From: Mytilus trossulus
Taxonomy: Eukaryota
Length of the DNA stretch: 64,000 nucleotides
Direction: 5' to 3'
NCBI RefSeq assembly: GCF_036588685.1
Contig: NC_086385.1
Coordinates: 27,861,216 to 27,925,215, forward strand
Positions 26,035-39,143 of this stretch are shown in pieces; position 1 is the first letter of the stretch; every line of letters begins with the position of its first letter. The notes under the pieces are model-generated. The model was not told the origin of the DNA. It did not search any database and saw nothing but the letters and a program-made list of their open reading frames with translations. The position numbers were made by a program, and so were the translations under genes.

Positions 26035-29000
26035 TTAATTCAAACCATCCGAAATACATTGACTGTAACAATGACTATCGTTTCTGTCAAGAACAAGCGG
26101 CTGATACATATTTTCATAGTCATTGCGGTGCATGTCTGTTGGTCTGGTTTCTACTTACTGCATTGATGTATTACTCGTAGTATCTGTTACATTTGGCCTT
26201 GAAACACTATTGTCAACAAAGTTACCTTCCAGGCTTTGCTCGTTAACTTCATCTTCAGATTGATGAATTTTGTCCAATTCATAAGATACCACGTTTATTT
26301 CATCGTAAGAATGTTCTTGCTGAATAATTTCTAATCCTTTGGATTGCGTGGATCGGATGTAACAATATAAATGACACACGCCAATGTACATCACTAAAAG
26401 GGTTAAAATACTAACAGATACCCAGAAATGAACTTTCATATTTTTGCCTTCATTTTCCGTATCTGCAAACAAGATGACATATTAATATAGGTAAGACAAT
26501 CCTATATGTGCAGGTCATTTATAATATTTATTTGTTTGATGTGTTTAAGGTGGTACCCAACACTTTCACTAAAATTAATTTGGCTCGTTTAATTTTCATA
26601 AAATTTTGTCAAAGTATTTACTTTGACCCTTTAACAAAACTATAAAAATTTCAAAAAATTTGAACCAACCGTTTTGTCAGAAAAATTACACTGGTTATAT
26701 AGCAGTTTGACAAACAACAATTTTGATCATTGAGAAGCTTTATATTCCTTTTACAACACAGCGTCATTAAAACGTCTAGCTAACTTTACAGAGTTATCTC
26801 CCTGTACTGTTAATTCCACCTTAAGCTTTTGATATTGTCAATTGATTAGGACTTATAATAGATATTGACCCTGAGGGTCGGTTGAAAACTAAACTTTACG
26901 ACAAAAGAGATTTTATGGACGTCATCACGAGTTGGTTGACCTTTATTGAATATCTGTTATACAGATGATATCGGATATGTTCTGTATTTCGTAACTACGA
27001 TCCGTTTCCTTTTCATTAATATGCCCTACCGAATTAAACTATTTACCGGCCTTTTAATAATATGAGCAACACGACGAGTGCCACATGTAGAGCAGCACCT
27101 GAAATCGCACCCATTTTTGGTTTGGTTGGTGTAGTTGTTGTATCCCTATTTGTGACATTTTGTTCATGCATGCTTGTCAATATATTGGAATTTGATGCGA
27201 CTGTGGGAGATTCAGCGTTAAAAAACCAGGTTCAATACACCATGTTTTACATGTGAAAATGCCTGTACCAAGTAAATATGACAGTTTTTGTCCATTCGTT
27301 TGATGTGTGTGATCATTTAAAATTTCCTCGGAGTTCAGTATTTTTTTGTAATTTTCTTTTTATGGTGCAGATTATAATGTTGATACTATTTTTAATATTT
27401 TTATATCACACCTATTCATTCTATTTTCGTTTTAAATGCTGTAAACAAGAATGCAGTAACAACCTGAAATGAATATTTGTTTTGTTTTTTACACATTTTT
27501 ACCAAAGATAATCATATCCTATTTAATCTTGTAAATACCTACACGGTAGGAGAACCCACGTATATTCCGTTCGATAACTGTCCCTCAATATACATGATTT
27601 ATGAAGAAAGTTTGTTTCATTGTCAATATTTGTTTAAACTATGTGTATTTTCTTCTCTGATGGTCAAAATGGCAGAAGTATGTGGGGATTTTTTACAACG
27701 GTCATCTAAGTTTTTGAAAAAAATCAATTGGCCCATTAAAACCATTACAAATACATGCTTTTTTGTGATGAACTGCTTTCGTTACACTTTAAGTGTGTTA
27801 TCTATTTTCAAACTATTCGATTGTGTAATTACGTACCTAAAGCTATAATCTTGTACGTATAGAAAGATTCACCAAAACTATTTTTTGCCCATATGTTGTA
27901 AACAGTAAAATCTTCGTTTATCAAAAGATTTGTTTCGTATGTAATTGCATAGCCTTGAATCGTTTCCTCTGTGTCATGTTCTGTATATGATAAACTGCTT
28001 TCTATGATTTGAAACGATTCAACATTATGAATCGTTGAATGATTAACAAATTTCTTCTGAAGTCTCAATTCCTTTAAAATCGGGAAGCTGTATATCATAA
28101 ATGTCATTAAGGATGGCTGGCCTAATTCTCCATATACAGCATTAGTATTTTCGTTTGAAAACACCGGTAATCCTGCAATTATGTAATGTACAACCGTTAC
28201 CGTATGTTAAAATAAACAGAGAGATGCATATACATCATGTTTAGGATCAATCAAAACTATCATAAGTATAATATATTGCAATACCTTTGTGACGGACAAA
28301 CAAGAGAAGGTGTTAAGATGTGAGCCTTAAATAGAATGCTCATATGAACAGCTACTTTTCCAGTGATTTTGTTATTCTGTTACATACTAAAAAAAATAAA
28401 CGAAAAAAGGTGGAACCAGATTAATTTAAGAAATAATAATAATATGTGTAAATTTCACACATGGTCTGGGCAGTGATATTCTAATTTAAACCGAGCATTA
28501 AAAAAACAGAATACTCTGTTTGAACATCAGTGTTTAGTTCACTATTATATATGTTTACAGATTTACCAATTCATGGTTAATTTGTCATAGTACCGAATAA
28601 ATAATAAATACAAACGAGATCAATACCTGAATTTTTAAAATCGTAGATTTATTATGCATTGCAAATCCATCACTGTCAGCTACACCGTTAATAGTTTGAC
28701 ACACATATATTCCGTTTGTTTCATATGGAATATCCGATTTTTTTAATAATAACTGATTACTCAATAATGATTTGTTTCCTCGAATGTGAACACCAACAGC
28801 AGACTGATGCTCCAATTGGAAAAGAGTGATTGAAGCGGGAATTCCTGGCTGTAAAACGCATTCAATGAAATCATCTGATACTACTAGTTCAATTGTAGGC
28901 GGATCTAATTAGAAAAATATAATCTTAAATTTGTTATCGTTATTGTTTTGGATTAGGAAATTGCAAATTGTTCGAGACCTTATGATTGTTATGGTAGCTT

Positions 29001-32000
29001 AAAACCCAATGTCAACATAATCATCATGGCATTTATGACGGAAATTGTAATATTCGATGAATAAACAAAAAACGAAAAACAGAAAACAAGAAATATTTTG
29101 ATTCCGTTTAAACCGTTAACAACACAAATTGAACAGGAATGTGTCCTTAGTACACGAATGCCCCACTCGCACTATCATTTTCTATGTTTTGTGGACCGTG
29201 AAATTTGGGAAAAATCTCTAATTTGCAATTAAAATTAGAAAGATCATATCATAGGGAACATGTCTACCAAGTTTGAAGTCGATTTGACTTCAACAAGTTG
29301 AACATCAAAAACTACCTTGACCAAAAACTTTAACCTGAAGCGGGACAGACGGACGAACGGACGAACGAACGGAGGGACGAACGGAAGCACATACCAGAAA
29401 ACATAAGCCCCTTTACTATCGTAGGTGGGGCATGAAAATAAATGTCCATAACTTTCTTGTTTAAACTTTTAAACCAATTTCAAATATGGGTCGGTTTCTT
29501 TTAATTGTCAGGTGTTGAATAATTATATAGTGTTTATGAAAAAAATTCCCGAAGACGGTATACAGACAATTGTTAGGGCAATTATTGAATATTAAAATAA
29601 ACTGTAATGAAAAAGAAAACACCCTATGTGATTTAAAAATAAAAGCATTTGTATTATTATGTTAAATATACATGTTTGACAATATTATCACATGTGAATG
29701 AAAATGCATTTTGTTAAGTAGATAAAATGAATGCGTAATCATTATAAAGAAAGGAAAAAAAGCGTAAGTTGTCAAAAGAAATTAAAAGTATTATGATTTT
29801 ACATTGAATGGTAACGTTAATTGTTGAACTACTGTTTCCAATTCTGTTGGTTGTTCGGCATTGGTATAGCCCAGCATCTTGTCTGGTTACAACTTGTAAA
29901 ATCAAAGTTGTGTTTGATTTGTGTAAATTTGAAACGTTGCCATTGGTATCTATATAAAACCATGCAACATCAATATTCGTAATATCGTCAACTGTACATG
30001 TTAAATTCAAGCGATTACCGTCTGCTATTTGTAGGAATGACCCTTGTGCAATGTCCACTTTTGGATAATCTGAAAAATATAAATTGACAATGTATTCAAT
30101 GTTATAAAAAATATCCAAATGTCAGTTAAAAAATCTTCGGTAATCGGATTTCATTTGAGGAAAAGATCTTCATAAACAATATCAACATAACAAACCAAAA
30201 CTACTGTTGTCCCCAACATCAATTTTTCATGATTATAGTACACACTTCGTTATCAAAAGTACATATTAATCTCAAATTCCATTAGCTTTTCTAATTTTGT
30301 ATCTTGTCTTAGTATATTCGATTGAAAACTGTTTTTCCTCTTTAACGATGAAGATATTAACATTTTTCATTTTTTTCTTTGTAAATCTTCGGTACATCGT
30401 TAGGTCTTTAATACTTGTTTGTTGCTCGTCTTTCATTTCTGCCATTTGCTTTTTCTATATGCTTTTTTGTGTTTCTTTGTTACGTATATGACGTGGCTCT
30501 GTACTTATACATCTCGTCATTGTATTATTTTACCACGGTGAATTTGTCTTTAAAGTTTTATTAATAGGCTTGGTCTTTGCATCGGAACTAAACACATTTA
30601 TTAAAAAAACAGTTGTTGGCATTACACTGATTATGCTCTTCTCATATATGTTATGATGGTATGATAATAAACCCATAACGGGAAGGATTGTGCCTGATGT
30701 TCATTTTATCAATTCATAATTTTTCAGTCAGTTTTATTGAAGTCTTGAGTTGGCATGTCAGATTACTGCTAGTATTCTGTTGTGATCTATGTATTATTGT
30801 CATTTTGCTTAATATTTTCTTTGGTTACATCTTCTGACATCATACTCAGACTTCTCTTGAACTGAATTTTAATGTGCGTATTGTTATGCGTTTACTGTTC
30901 TACATTGGCTAGAGGTAGAGGGGGAGGGTTGAGATATCACAAACATGTTCAACCCGCCGCATTTTTGCGCCTGTCCCAAGTCAGGAGCCTCTGGCCTTTG
31001 TAAGTCTTGTATTATTTTAATTTTGGTTTCTTGCGTACAATTTTGAAATAAGTATGGCGTTCATTATCACTGAACTAGTATATATTTGTTCAGGGGCCAG
31101 CTGAAGGACGCCTCCGGGTGCGGGAATTTCTTGCTACATTGAAGACCTGTTGGTGAATTTTTACTGTTGTTTTTTTTCTTTGGTCGGGTTGTTGTCTTTT
31201 TGACACATTCCCCATTTCCATTTTCAATTTTATTTATTGGATTGTTTGCCAGTTTTTGCTTCTTTGTTTCATGTGTATGATGGGTTTTTTTATTGATTGG
31301 GATTATAGCACAATGTTTACTACTGCATTATTGACAGGTTTACCTATTATGTCTGTTTGTATTGTTCAAGCATCATTGTCAATATAATGGAATTTGATGC
31401 GAATGTCATATAAATGAGATGTTTTGCTAACTATAAAACCAGCGTTACAAAATGTCTGTACCAATTCTGGAATATGACAGTTGTTGCACATTCGTTTTAA
31501 GTGTTTGAGCCATTTGACATAGAGACTTACGGTTTTGAATTTTCCTTGTAGTTCAGTATTTTTATGATTTAACTTTGTATTAACTTTATTTCAATTATGG
31601 CTCGCTTAAGCAAAATTTATTTAATTTTACCACAATATCTGTATATTCCATGTATGTATATTTGAAACATGTATGCTTATTTATATAATTGTAAATGCCC
31701 GATGAAAGGCCGTTTGTATGTGTTGTATGTTGTACTATGATTCATTTTCGGGTTTCAGGCAAAGTGATTTTAGCTTTTTTCATGTACTTTTTCATTCGAT
31801 TGTATCATTTAACAGTTTGTTCCAGAGATACATACAATTTGTTTCTGGTCTTAAACCCGTAATTTCATTCATGAATCTGTAGACGATTGAAAGATGACCG
31901 TAGTTCGACTTTCTCTTTCTAGATTCTGGTGTATGACATGTATGATATGCAAGGTATAAATTGCTTTTGCTGTCATACAAGTGATATAAAACAATGTTAA

Positions 32001-34799
32001 TCCACCATTTTATACTTAATATAATGCCAGTAAAGACTATGCCAGTAAAAAGTCAGAAATATGACAGTTGGTAGCAATTCGTTTGCCTTTTTGAGCTTTT
32101 GATTTTTTTTTACTTTTTGTTTTGAATTTTCCTCGGAGTTCAATATTTTTTTTATTATACTTTTCATATACAAGTATAACTTTCAATTGAGTTGTCCATC
32201 ATTCAAGGACCAGACTTTTTCTGAGGGTATATATTTGAACCGTTTTACACACGTAAATAATGTATCATTGTGATTCAACTTTTTGATAAATATAACAAAA
32301 ATTATAATAATTGAAGAAACTTACTTAATACATGTAATTCTATATCATATCTGGAACTGTCTAAAGACCATTTACAGACATAAGTTCCAGCATCTTCTAA
32401 TGTTAAATTTATAATTTGCAGTTGAAACCACTTTGAATTTTCTATATTGAAAATCCGATGCTTTCGTGTATCTCCCAAGTTGATATATCTCCCATTTTGA
32501 AATTGGAATATAACATCGGAATGTAAATATTTTTCGGAATCAAATAAACACCATCCGTTTCCTGTCCTATGTTTATCTTTAGGAAATGTTAGCAGTGCTG
32601 TCGATCCTTCTTTTTGGTAAATAATATCTACAGCACTCGTAATAGCTTGAAAATAATTAATTCGTTGCAAAATGATGAAAAATATTTATTTTGCTCATAC
32701 AATGATTAGATGTATTTAAATAGACCTGACATTATATTTAGAAAATCAGTATTCTAAATAAATTATGTAAATGCAGAAACAGTGAAAACCCGCAAAAGTA
32801 CAGTTTTGTTACAATTAAAAAGTGACAGCGTATACATTCCTTAGGTTAATCAAATTTGTCACCACTGTTTTCAAACATTTACAATATCTAACGCAAATGT
32901 TTAAATCAGTTGAATTTGTGTATTTGATTGATCGCAAAACTTTTTAAGTGCTTTTAAGTATAAAAAAACATTAAATAGTTAATTTTCAAATCGTTATTTT
33001 CATTTGAAAATGCCTGTACCAAGTCAGGAATATGACAGTTCTTGTCTATTCTTTTTGATGCGTTTTGTTATTAAATTTTGCCATGTGATTATGGACTTTC
33101 CGTTTTGATTTTCCTCTGAGTTCAGTATTTTTGTGATTTTACTTGTTTTTGTTGTGTGGCTCGAAAAATCTTCGTGTATATTGCTTTCCTGCATTTTGAA
33201 TAATGTTCAACTAGTAGCAAAACAATATCTTAACAACTCATCGGTATTGACCGTTTATATTATGTGTTTAATTTATCCACTTTTTATATTCAGAACGTGA
33301 AGAATAAGCTAACCATCTAAGAAATAAATATAAAAGGGTTAAAGAAGTTATACTATTATCTATATTCTTCATCGCACGTTATTAATACAATTTGATGTTA
33401 CGTTATTTACACTTTCGTGATAATAAAAATAAGTGTTGTACATCGTCAAAGCAGGCATATACATATACATGATATACCAGGTTTCGAATGTAGTTGTCAC
33501 CTCTTTTGTGTAGGTATACTTGAGGTCAAGTTTGTTTTTATCATATCTTAAAAGTTTTTAATAGATTTATGATATATGATATACAAGTATTTCTCACTTA
33601 ACAGAATATAAATTAATCGTCCAATATCAACTGAAATTATATACGAAGCTTTAAGCTTATAACTTAAAAGTGCTTAGTTGGATATTATTAAGTACAAAAG
33701 CATCAGAAAGATTTTGTCAAACACAGCTCAGACAATATTTATTTCTGGGTATAAAATCCAGGTGGTACAGTTGGTTTTGTTTATTTATTAGAAATAATTA
33801 ACGTTGAATCTTTTTGTTCAACGCAAATATATATATATATGTAGCGCAACTAGCTGTCTGAAACCCAATTTTATCTTGAGACTATTGTATCGATGCAAAT
33901 GGAAACTCGATGCACATATAGCATGCAAACAAATGTTGTACATCACATACCTATAATTAGATTCAGCCATATCATTTGGTAGGGTGTTACCTAAATAAAT
34001 ACATAATGATGACTGTATTCACTATTGAAGAATTAAAATCATTCTGATGAATAGATTATTTGAAAACAAAGTAACAAACAACATAATCCCGTTTGACGTA
34101 ATGTCAACTTTAAATTTGCAAATGAGAATTATCACAGTCATTATGTACTAAGGTATTACATGTTAGCATTTGGTGTGAACTTTATATCATATACATGTAT
34201 TCCTAAAACAAGCTGGATTTACAAAATTAAGGAAACATTTAAGTTAATATGTTTATGCTTGGCGGTTTGATTTTAGTCTGTTGAATTTTAATTTCGTTTA
34301 ATATGTTTCAACTTTAAATAATATTTGTAAACTTGGATTGCTTTGATTCTCATAATTAGACTGGAGATATTTAATTAAATATTTTGTTTTTATAAAAAAT
34401 GAATGACATATACATATTTACCATTATAGATTCTGTTGTGAGAGGGAACAATGAAGTTATCATGCCAAGTATTTCCTTTTAACATGTTTAATGATAATTG
34501 TATGTATGAAGGATTTCCTGTATTCATCGGAAATTGAACCGTTATAATGTCCTGTGATGTTTAACCTAATAGTTATTATATAAAGGAAATAATCGACTTT
34601 GATGAATCGTGAACATTTAGAAGAATAGAATGACTATTTACACTAACAAGAATCTCATGAAAAACTCAGCCAAGAACTTAATAAATGTCCATATAGCATT
34701 CAAAAATAACAAACAGCTATCGTCTATATTAAGAGTAAATTTGAAGGAAAAAGACAAAGATCAGATATTCAATTTTAGATACAAACTTACACGTTTCAT
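26035..34799 (-). CDS. immunoglobulin-superfamily type I membrane receptor (signal peptide, 4 Ig domains, TM, Tyr-motif tail); apparently disrupted allele or pseudogene
   Basis: Exons: 34799-34791 (MKR), 33990-33951 (VTPYQMIWLNLII), 32645-32325 (V-like, LTLEDAGTYVC), 30069-29803 (LNLTC..VAWF..QDAGLYQC), 28904-28627 (IEC..NGIYVC), 28172-27837, 26462-26155 (TM VHFWVSVSILTLLVMYIGVCHLYCYI; SYDEI). There is a phase mismatch at 28627/28172 and an in-frame TAA before DYENMYQPL. Confidence 0.8.
26155..26462 (-). CDS. transmembrane and cytoplasmic exon of the Ig receptor
   Basis: ttgcag| acceptor; hydrophobic segment followed by an acidic tail with SYDEI. Confidence 0.8.
26549..26820. mobile_element. 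MITE with TTAA TSD (Kolobok-like)
   Basis: ttaa-GGTGG...CCACC-ttaa; a degraded inverted copy ends at ~16848. Confidence 0.7.
26864..27130 (+). mobile_element. Penelope-like retroelement remnant
   Basis: 26864-26911 encodes IDPEGRLKTKLYDKRD, a motif typical of the C-terminal part of PLE reverse transcriptases. Confidence 0.6.
27837..28172 (-). CDS. Cys-less Ig-like domain exon 4
   Basis: LPVFSNEN..YGELGQ..IYSFP..EDFTVYNIWAKNSFGES. Confidence 0.8.
28627..28904 (-). CDS. Ig domain exon 3
   Basis: YPPTIEL..IEC..PGIP..NGIYVCQTING. Confidence 0.8.
29132..29438 (+). mobile_element. short pearl/HINE-like element
   Basis: 5' aacaggaatgtgtcc, internal GACG/AACG microsatellite and 3' hairpin gcccc..ctatcgtag..ggggc; inverted copy at 61015-61317. 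Confidence 0.7.
29803..30069 (-). CDS. Ig C2/I-set domain exon
   Basis: LNLTCTV..VAWFY..LILQVVTRQDAGLYQCRTTNRIG; phase 1 to 1. Confidence 0.9.
30560..31230 (+). repeat. dispersed repeat family C
   Basis: Matches 56470-56600 plus 57775-58175, where the copy is split by an insertion. Confidence 0.75.
32325..32645 (-). CDS. Ig V-like domain exon
   Basis: FQLQIINLTLEDAGTYVCKW motif; caag| ... |gtaagt. Confidence 0.85.
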
Positions 34800-35183
34800 A
34801 AATGCATGCCTGAGTGATCTATATACTTATAATATCGACGGGATTTTGGGTTTGATTTCTTAACGACACCATACATATTACAAAAAAATGAAAAAAGAAC
34901 AATTTCATTGAATATTTAGAAATCAGTTCAGATAGCTATATTTTTCATGAAACAAGTTCAATTTCAAGTTAGGCCGTGTTCACACCAAATTCCATGTACA
35001 GTAAACTTGTTTACAATTAGTTTAATGAACTGGACATTGGTTTCACATTAAATTTGTTCACATCTATACACCTTGTTTAATTACCTGTACATCAGATTTG
35101 TTCACATTTGTAAACTCTATGTCATTTAAATGTTCATTTCGTAGAATCGAATGAAACATTTTCCGACAACTTTTCTAGCAGTA

Positions 35184-35464
35184 AGGGAACGACCATTTAA
35201 CTCTAAATAGGGGGGATGGAAATATTCCGAACCCCAACTGGATAAAGAAAACAATTCTGGTTCTACAGATGATAAAAAATATTCTGAATCAAGAGTTTCC
35301 CCATACATTATAGTGTTAAATGTTGAAGAAAAAAAAAATTGATTACCAGCATCGAAAAAAACAAAAAATAAACCGGAATAAAACGTTTGCGCGGCAAATT
35401 TCTGACTAAAATAAATAAACAAAATACCCCCCCCCCCTTTTTTTTAAGTTAAGTGGTTACTTCT
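35184..35464. mobile_element. MITE nested in the Harbinger-like element
   Basis: Imperfect TIRs agggaacgaccatttaact / agttaagtggttacttct with G-run and C-run subterminal tracts. Confidence 0.5.
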
Positions 35465-36130
35465 TTCTGAAAGCCATTTTGATGATTTGCAGTAGTTTAA
35501 AGATACTAAAGATGTCTCGATTAAGCATTAGAAAACGTAGGCTGCAACAGCGTGCTTACAGACGAAGAAGAAGGATTGATATTTTAGGGATCACTATATT
35601 TCTGTCTTTTCTGTTTGTTCAAATAGTATTTCTTCTCCAAGAAGTATTTGGCAAAGGGAGTGGGTAACTTTTTTTTCTTTTTAAGTGTAATTTCACGGAT
35701 CCAAGATACTAGACAAACAATACATTTACCTCACACTTTTTAAGTAATTTTATGAGTGAATCGTTGTTTGAGTAAAGACCAGTGGCAAATATTTCTGTGT
35801 AAGTTAAGTCAATTCGGAAAGACTTTAATTTTCAAATGAATTATGTGTTCAGCAATGATGCTGCTCTGGGTCTTGATAATGGCTTAATTAAGATACGTTA
35901 AGTTTTATTTCTAAACAAAACAAATAAATATATCAAGTTGAGACAAATATTTCTGTAAAGAACTTCATAAATAATTGCTATAAATATCAATTTTATTAAA
36001 AAATCGTTTCTTCCTTAAATATGCACGGTGAAACTTGTGTTTTAAATGCCTTGTTTTGTGTACACTTAATCTACACAAGGCCTACACCGAGCATCGACTG
36101 CATGTAGACAAAACATGATTTACACTACAT

Positions 36131-38681
36131 CACCGTGTAGAACGCCACATACGGGGTGTCGGCTATGTTTGACACGGGGTGGCAATTTCGAAGCGAAGAG
36201 AATCTGTCAAAGTAAGTTCAAGTATCAAAATTTCTTTATTTAGAATTCTTAGTACCATATAATGTACTGCACGGAAGGAACTGAAACACAATCTATTTCC
36301 TGCGAGCAAAATCAGTCGTTTTCATTGCTCTGTTTTCTCAAACACCTCTCCCTAGTTTTCCGAGTTGCGGATTTTGAGGTTTCATATGCAAATTTCTGGA
36401 TAAAAAGCTACTTTAGACGACTTCTCTCTGCATCATTTATATAGAATTGAATTCCTATTATAAAATTTAACAAAATAACAGCTTCATACTTAAAACTAAT
36501 TGGTTTTAAAACTAGTTTTTCATCAAAATATAAAGTGTCGCTCGGGGTGTCAGATTTTGCATCTCAAGGGGTAGAGGCTTCCAATTAAAAATGAATAGAT
36601 TTACATATGATCGTGTAAATCTGTCTTTTGTCGGATCCTTTTTAGTTCAAACAAAACTACTATATTATGATAACAAATAAAAACTAAAAGTATTTCATTT
36701 TGTCTAGTTTTTTTAGTCATATAAGACATGTGCTTTTGATTTCATAAATAGTAAAAAATGACTAAAATATATTTTTAAAGGTGGAAGAAGATTTCTTTTC
36801 CTTTTCAGTTACTATCACGGTCAGAAAAAAGTCACTGATGTGGCTCAATGCACCAAAACATGGTGGAAAATCACAGAGCAGACCTCCAATTAAGATTTTA
36901 CCGAAGCCACCAACAGTCAAATTCTTCCAAAGTTCATAATCAGGCTCCTATCGAAAGCGGACGTACACACCGCAATAAGCTCTCGCTCCAAAAAGAATTC
37001 GGTTACTCTCGTCAATGAAACACTCACCGGCATCTTTATCAACAAATGGCAATACAGCTCTGAGGAGACCTGCAGACGATGACACTTCTGTTCTTGTCTA
37101 ATTCAAATCAGCGATTCAAAATATTGAGAAAAAAATCAATTTGCCTGCTGATTTCCTAATTTTGATCCAAATGGTAAATTTGATAGGTGGACCAAAAAGT
37201 ATTGAACATATTTCAGAAAGCTTATGTGAGCGCAGAATGGTCAACCCTCAAGACGAAGAAATAAGTTTTGCAGTTCTAAATCGTAAGATACTATCAGACT
37301 TTATCGCCATGGACTTTGATACTTAGTATCCTAACGTCTTACCTCTGTGTAAGATATATTGGTTCTAAGATTGAAACATTTCATCATGTTCCAAGCGGCT
37401 GACATGGTTTCGTTGATACAAAATGTCTACTGTGCTTTCATTAACATAATGGGAGTTTGTTCCAAATATGTCACTGGCACTAGAAAGAACAGAGTTGATA
37501 CGAAAAAGGCAATTTCCACAAAGTTCCGTTAGCTGAATCATTGATCACAAACACCAATCTCGATTGATGCCAATTGTCACCCGCCTTTCCTTAAAATTGT
37601 TAAAGACCAAATTTTTGGCGGATGGCGAGCTCTTTACGGCCTTTCAATCGTAAACCTAAATCTGTAGGCGCCTCATGTGCTCTTTGACAAAGAAAAGGTT
37701 CCAAAACATTGTCTCTATCCAATAAGTGTTTGCTTTGTATTTATTTGGTCTTCCAGGATGTTTTCTTTCCTTGATTTTTTTTCAATCTTCCAAACCATCA
37801 ACACATAACATAAACTAATGCCTGGTCACGCGTTTTAGAGGAACATGATGAAGACCTTTGATACAAATGATAGAGTTTGACTGTTGGTGGCTTCGGCAAA
37901 ATCTTATATGGAGGTCTGCTTTATAATTTTCCACCATGTGTCGGTGCATTGAGCCAAATCAGTGACTTTTTATCTGACCATGATAGTGACTGAAAAGGAA
38001 AAGGTATCATTTTCTAGCATCAAATTAAAAAATATTTTGATTCATGTTAACTAATATTTTGATTCATGTTAACTTTTTTATGAAACGTTTTATATGACTA
38101 AAAACAGACAAAATGGAGCCCATCAGTTTTTTATTTGTTATAATGATACAGCAGATTTGTTTGAATTAAAAAGGATCAGACAAAAGACAGATTAACATGA
38201 TTCATATGCAAATATAATCATTTTTTGTTGAAAGCCTCTACCCCTTGAGATGCAAAATCTGACACCCCGAGCGACACTTTATATTTTGACGAAAAACTAG
38301 TTTTAAAACCAATTAGTTTTAAGTATGAAGCTGTTATTTTGTTAAATTTTATAATAGGAATTCAATTCTATATAAATGATGCAGAGAGAAGTCGTCAAAA
38401 GTAGCTTTTTATCCAGAAATTTGCATATGAAACCTCAAAATCCGCAACACGGAAAACTAGGGAGAGGTGTTTGAGAAAACAGAGCAATGTGAACGACTGA
38501 TTTTGCTCGCAGGAAATAGATTGTGTTTCGGTTCCTTCCGTGCAGTACATTATATGGTACTAAGAATTCTAAATAAAGAAATTTTGATACTTAAACTTAC
38601 TTTGACAGTTTTTCTTCGCTTCGAAATTGCCACCCCGTGTCAAACATAGCCGACACCCCGCATGTGGCGTTCTACACGGTG
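36131..38681. mobile_element. 2551-bp foldback DNA transposon, CACCGTG termini, 5-bp TSD (Transib/RAG-like signature), non-autonomous
   Basis: TACAT-CACCGTGTAGAACGCC...GGCGTTCTACACGGTG-TACAT; ~450 bp of near-perfect inverted arms plus ~350 bp of diverged inverted arms. Confidence 0.85.
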
Positions 38682-38934
38682 TACATGTAAACATTGAGTT
38701 TTATCAATGGGAACGTAATTTTGTTTAGTTTACGTGTGAGTTGCACTTACACAACACCGAGTTTAGGTCAATGTGAACACGGTCTTATTCATGCTTTTTT
38801 CATGTTATTGGGGATTATAAATAATACTGTACATGGTACTTGTAAATACGTCAGTGTTTAAGTAAGATTATGATGCTTTGTTGTTTGATAACACAACCTA
38901 CACAATTGCAACAATTCTACAAATAGATAAGATA

Positions 38935-39143
38935 CTGTGGATTTATTATTATTAGTTGGATATCAATTTTCGTGGTTTTCGTGGTAACAGATGAACCACG
39001 AATTCAAATCTTCAACGAATTACACATTTTCTATAGGCTTTGAATGCAGAGATTTTCTAAACCACGAAATCAAATACCAACGAAAATACAAGTTTTCCTT
39101 TATCCACGAAAATTGATACCCTCGAAAATAAATGAATCCACAG
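38935..39143. mobile_element. MITE with TA TSD
   Basis: ta-CTGTGGAT...ATCCACAG-ta; internal ttcgtgg/ccacgaa inverted motifs. Confidence 0.75.

Larger units (their letters stand above)
34972..38784. mobile_element. PIF/Harbinger-like non-autonomous element hosting two nested insertions
   Basis: TIRs GGCCGTGTTCACA / TGTGAACACGGTC; TTA TSD at 34969-34971 and 38785-38787. Confidence 0.7.

Noticed and set aside
36131-36175. Full V(D)J recombination signal sequence
   Set aside because: Heptamer-like end only; no ACAAAAACC-like nonamer at 12 or 23 bp, and it does not flank Ig exons
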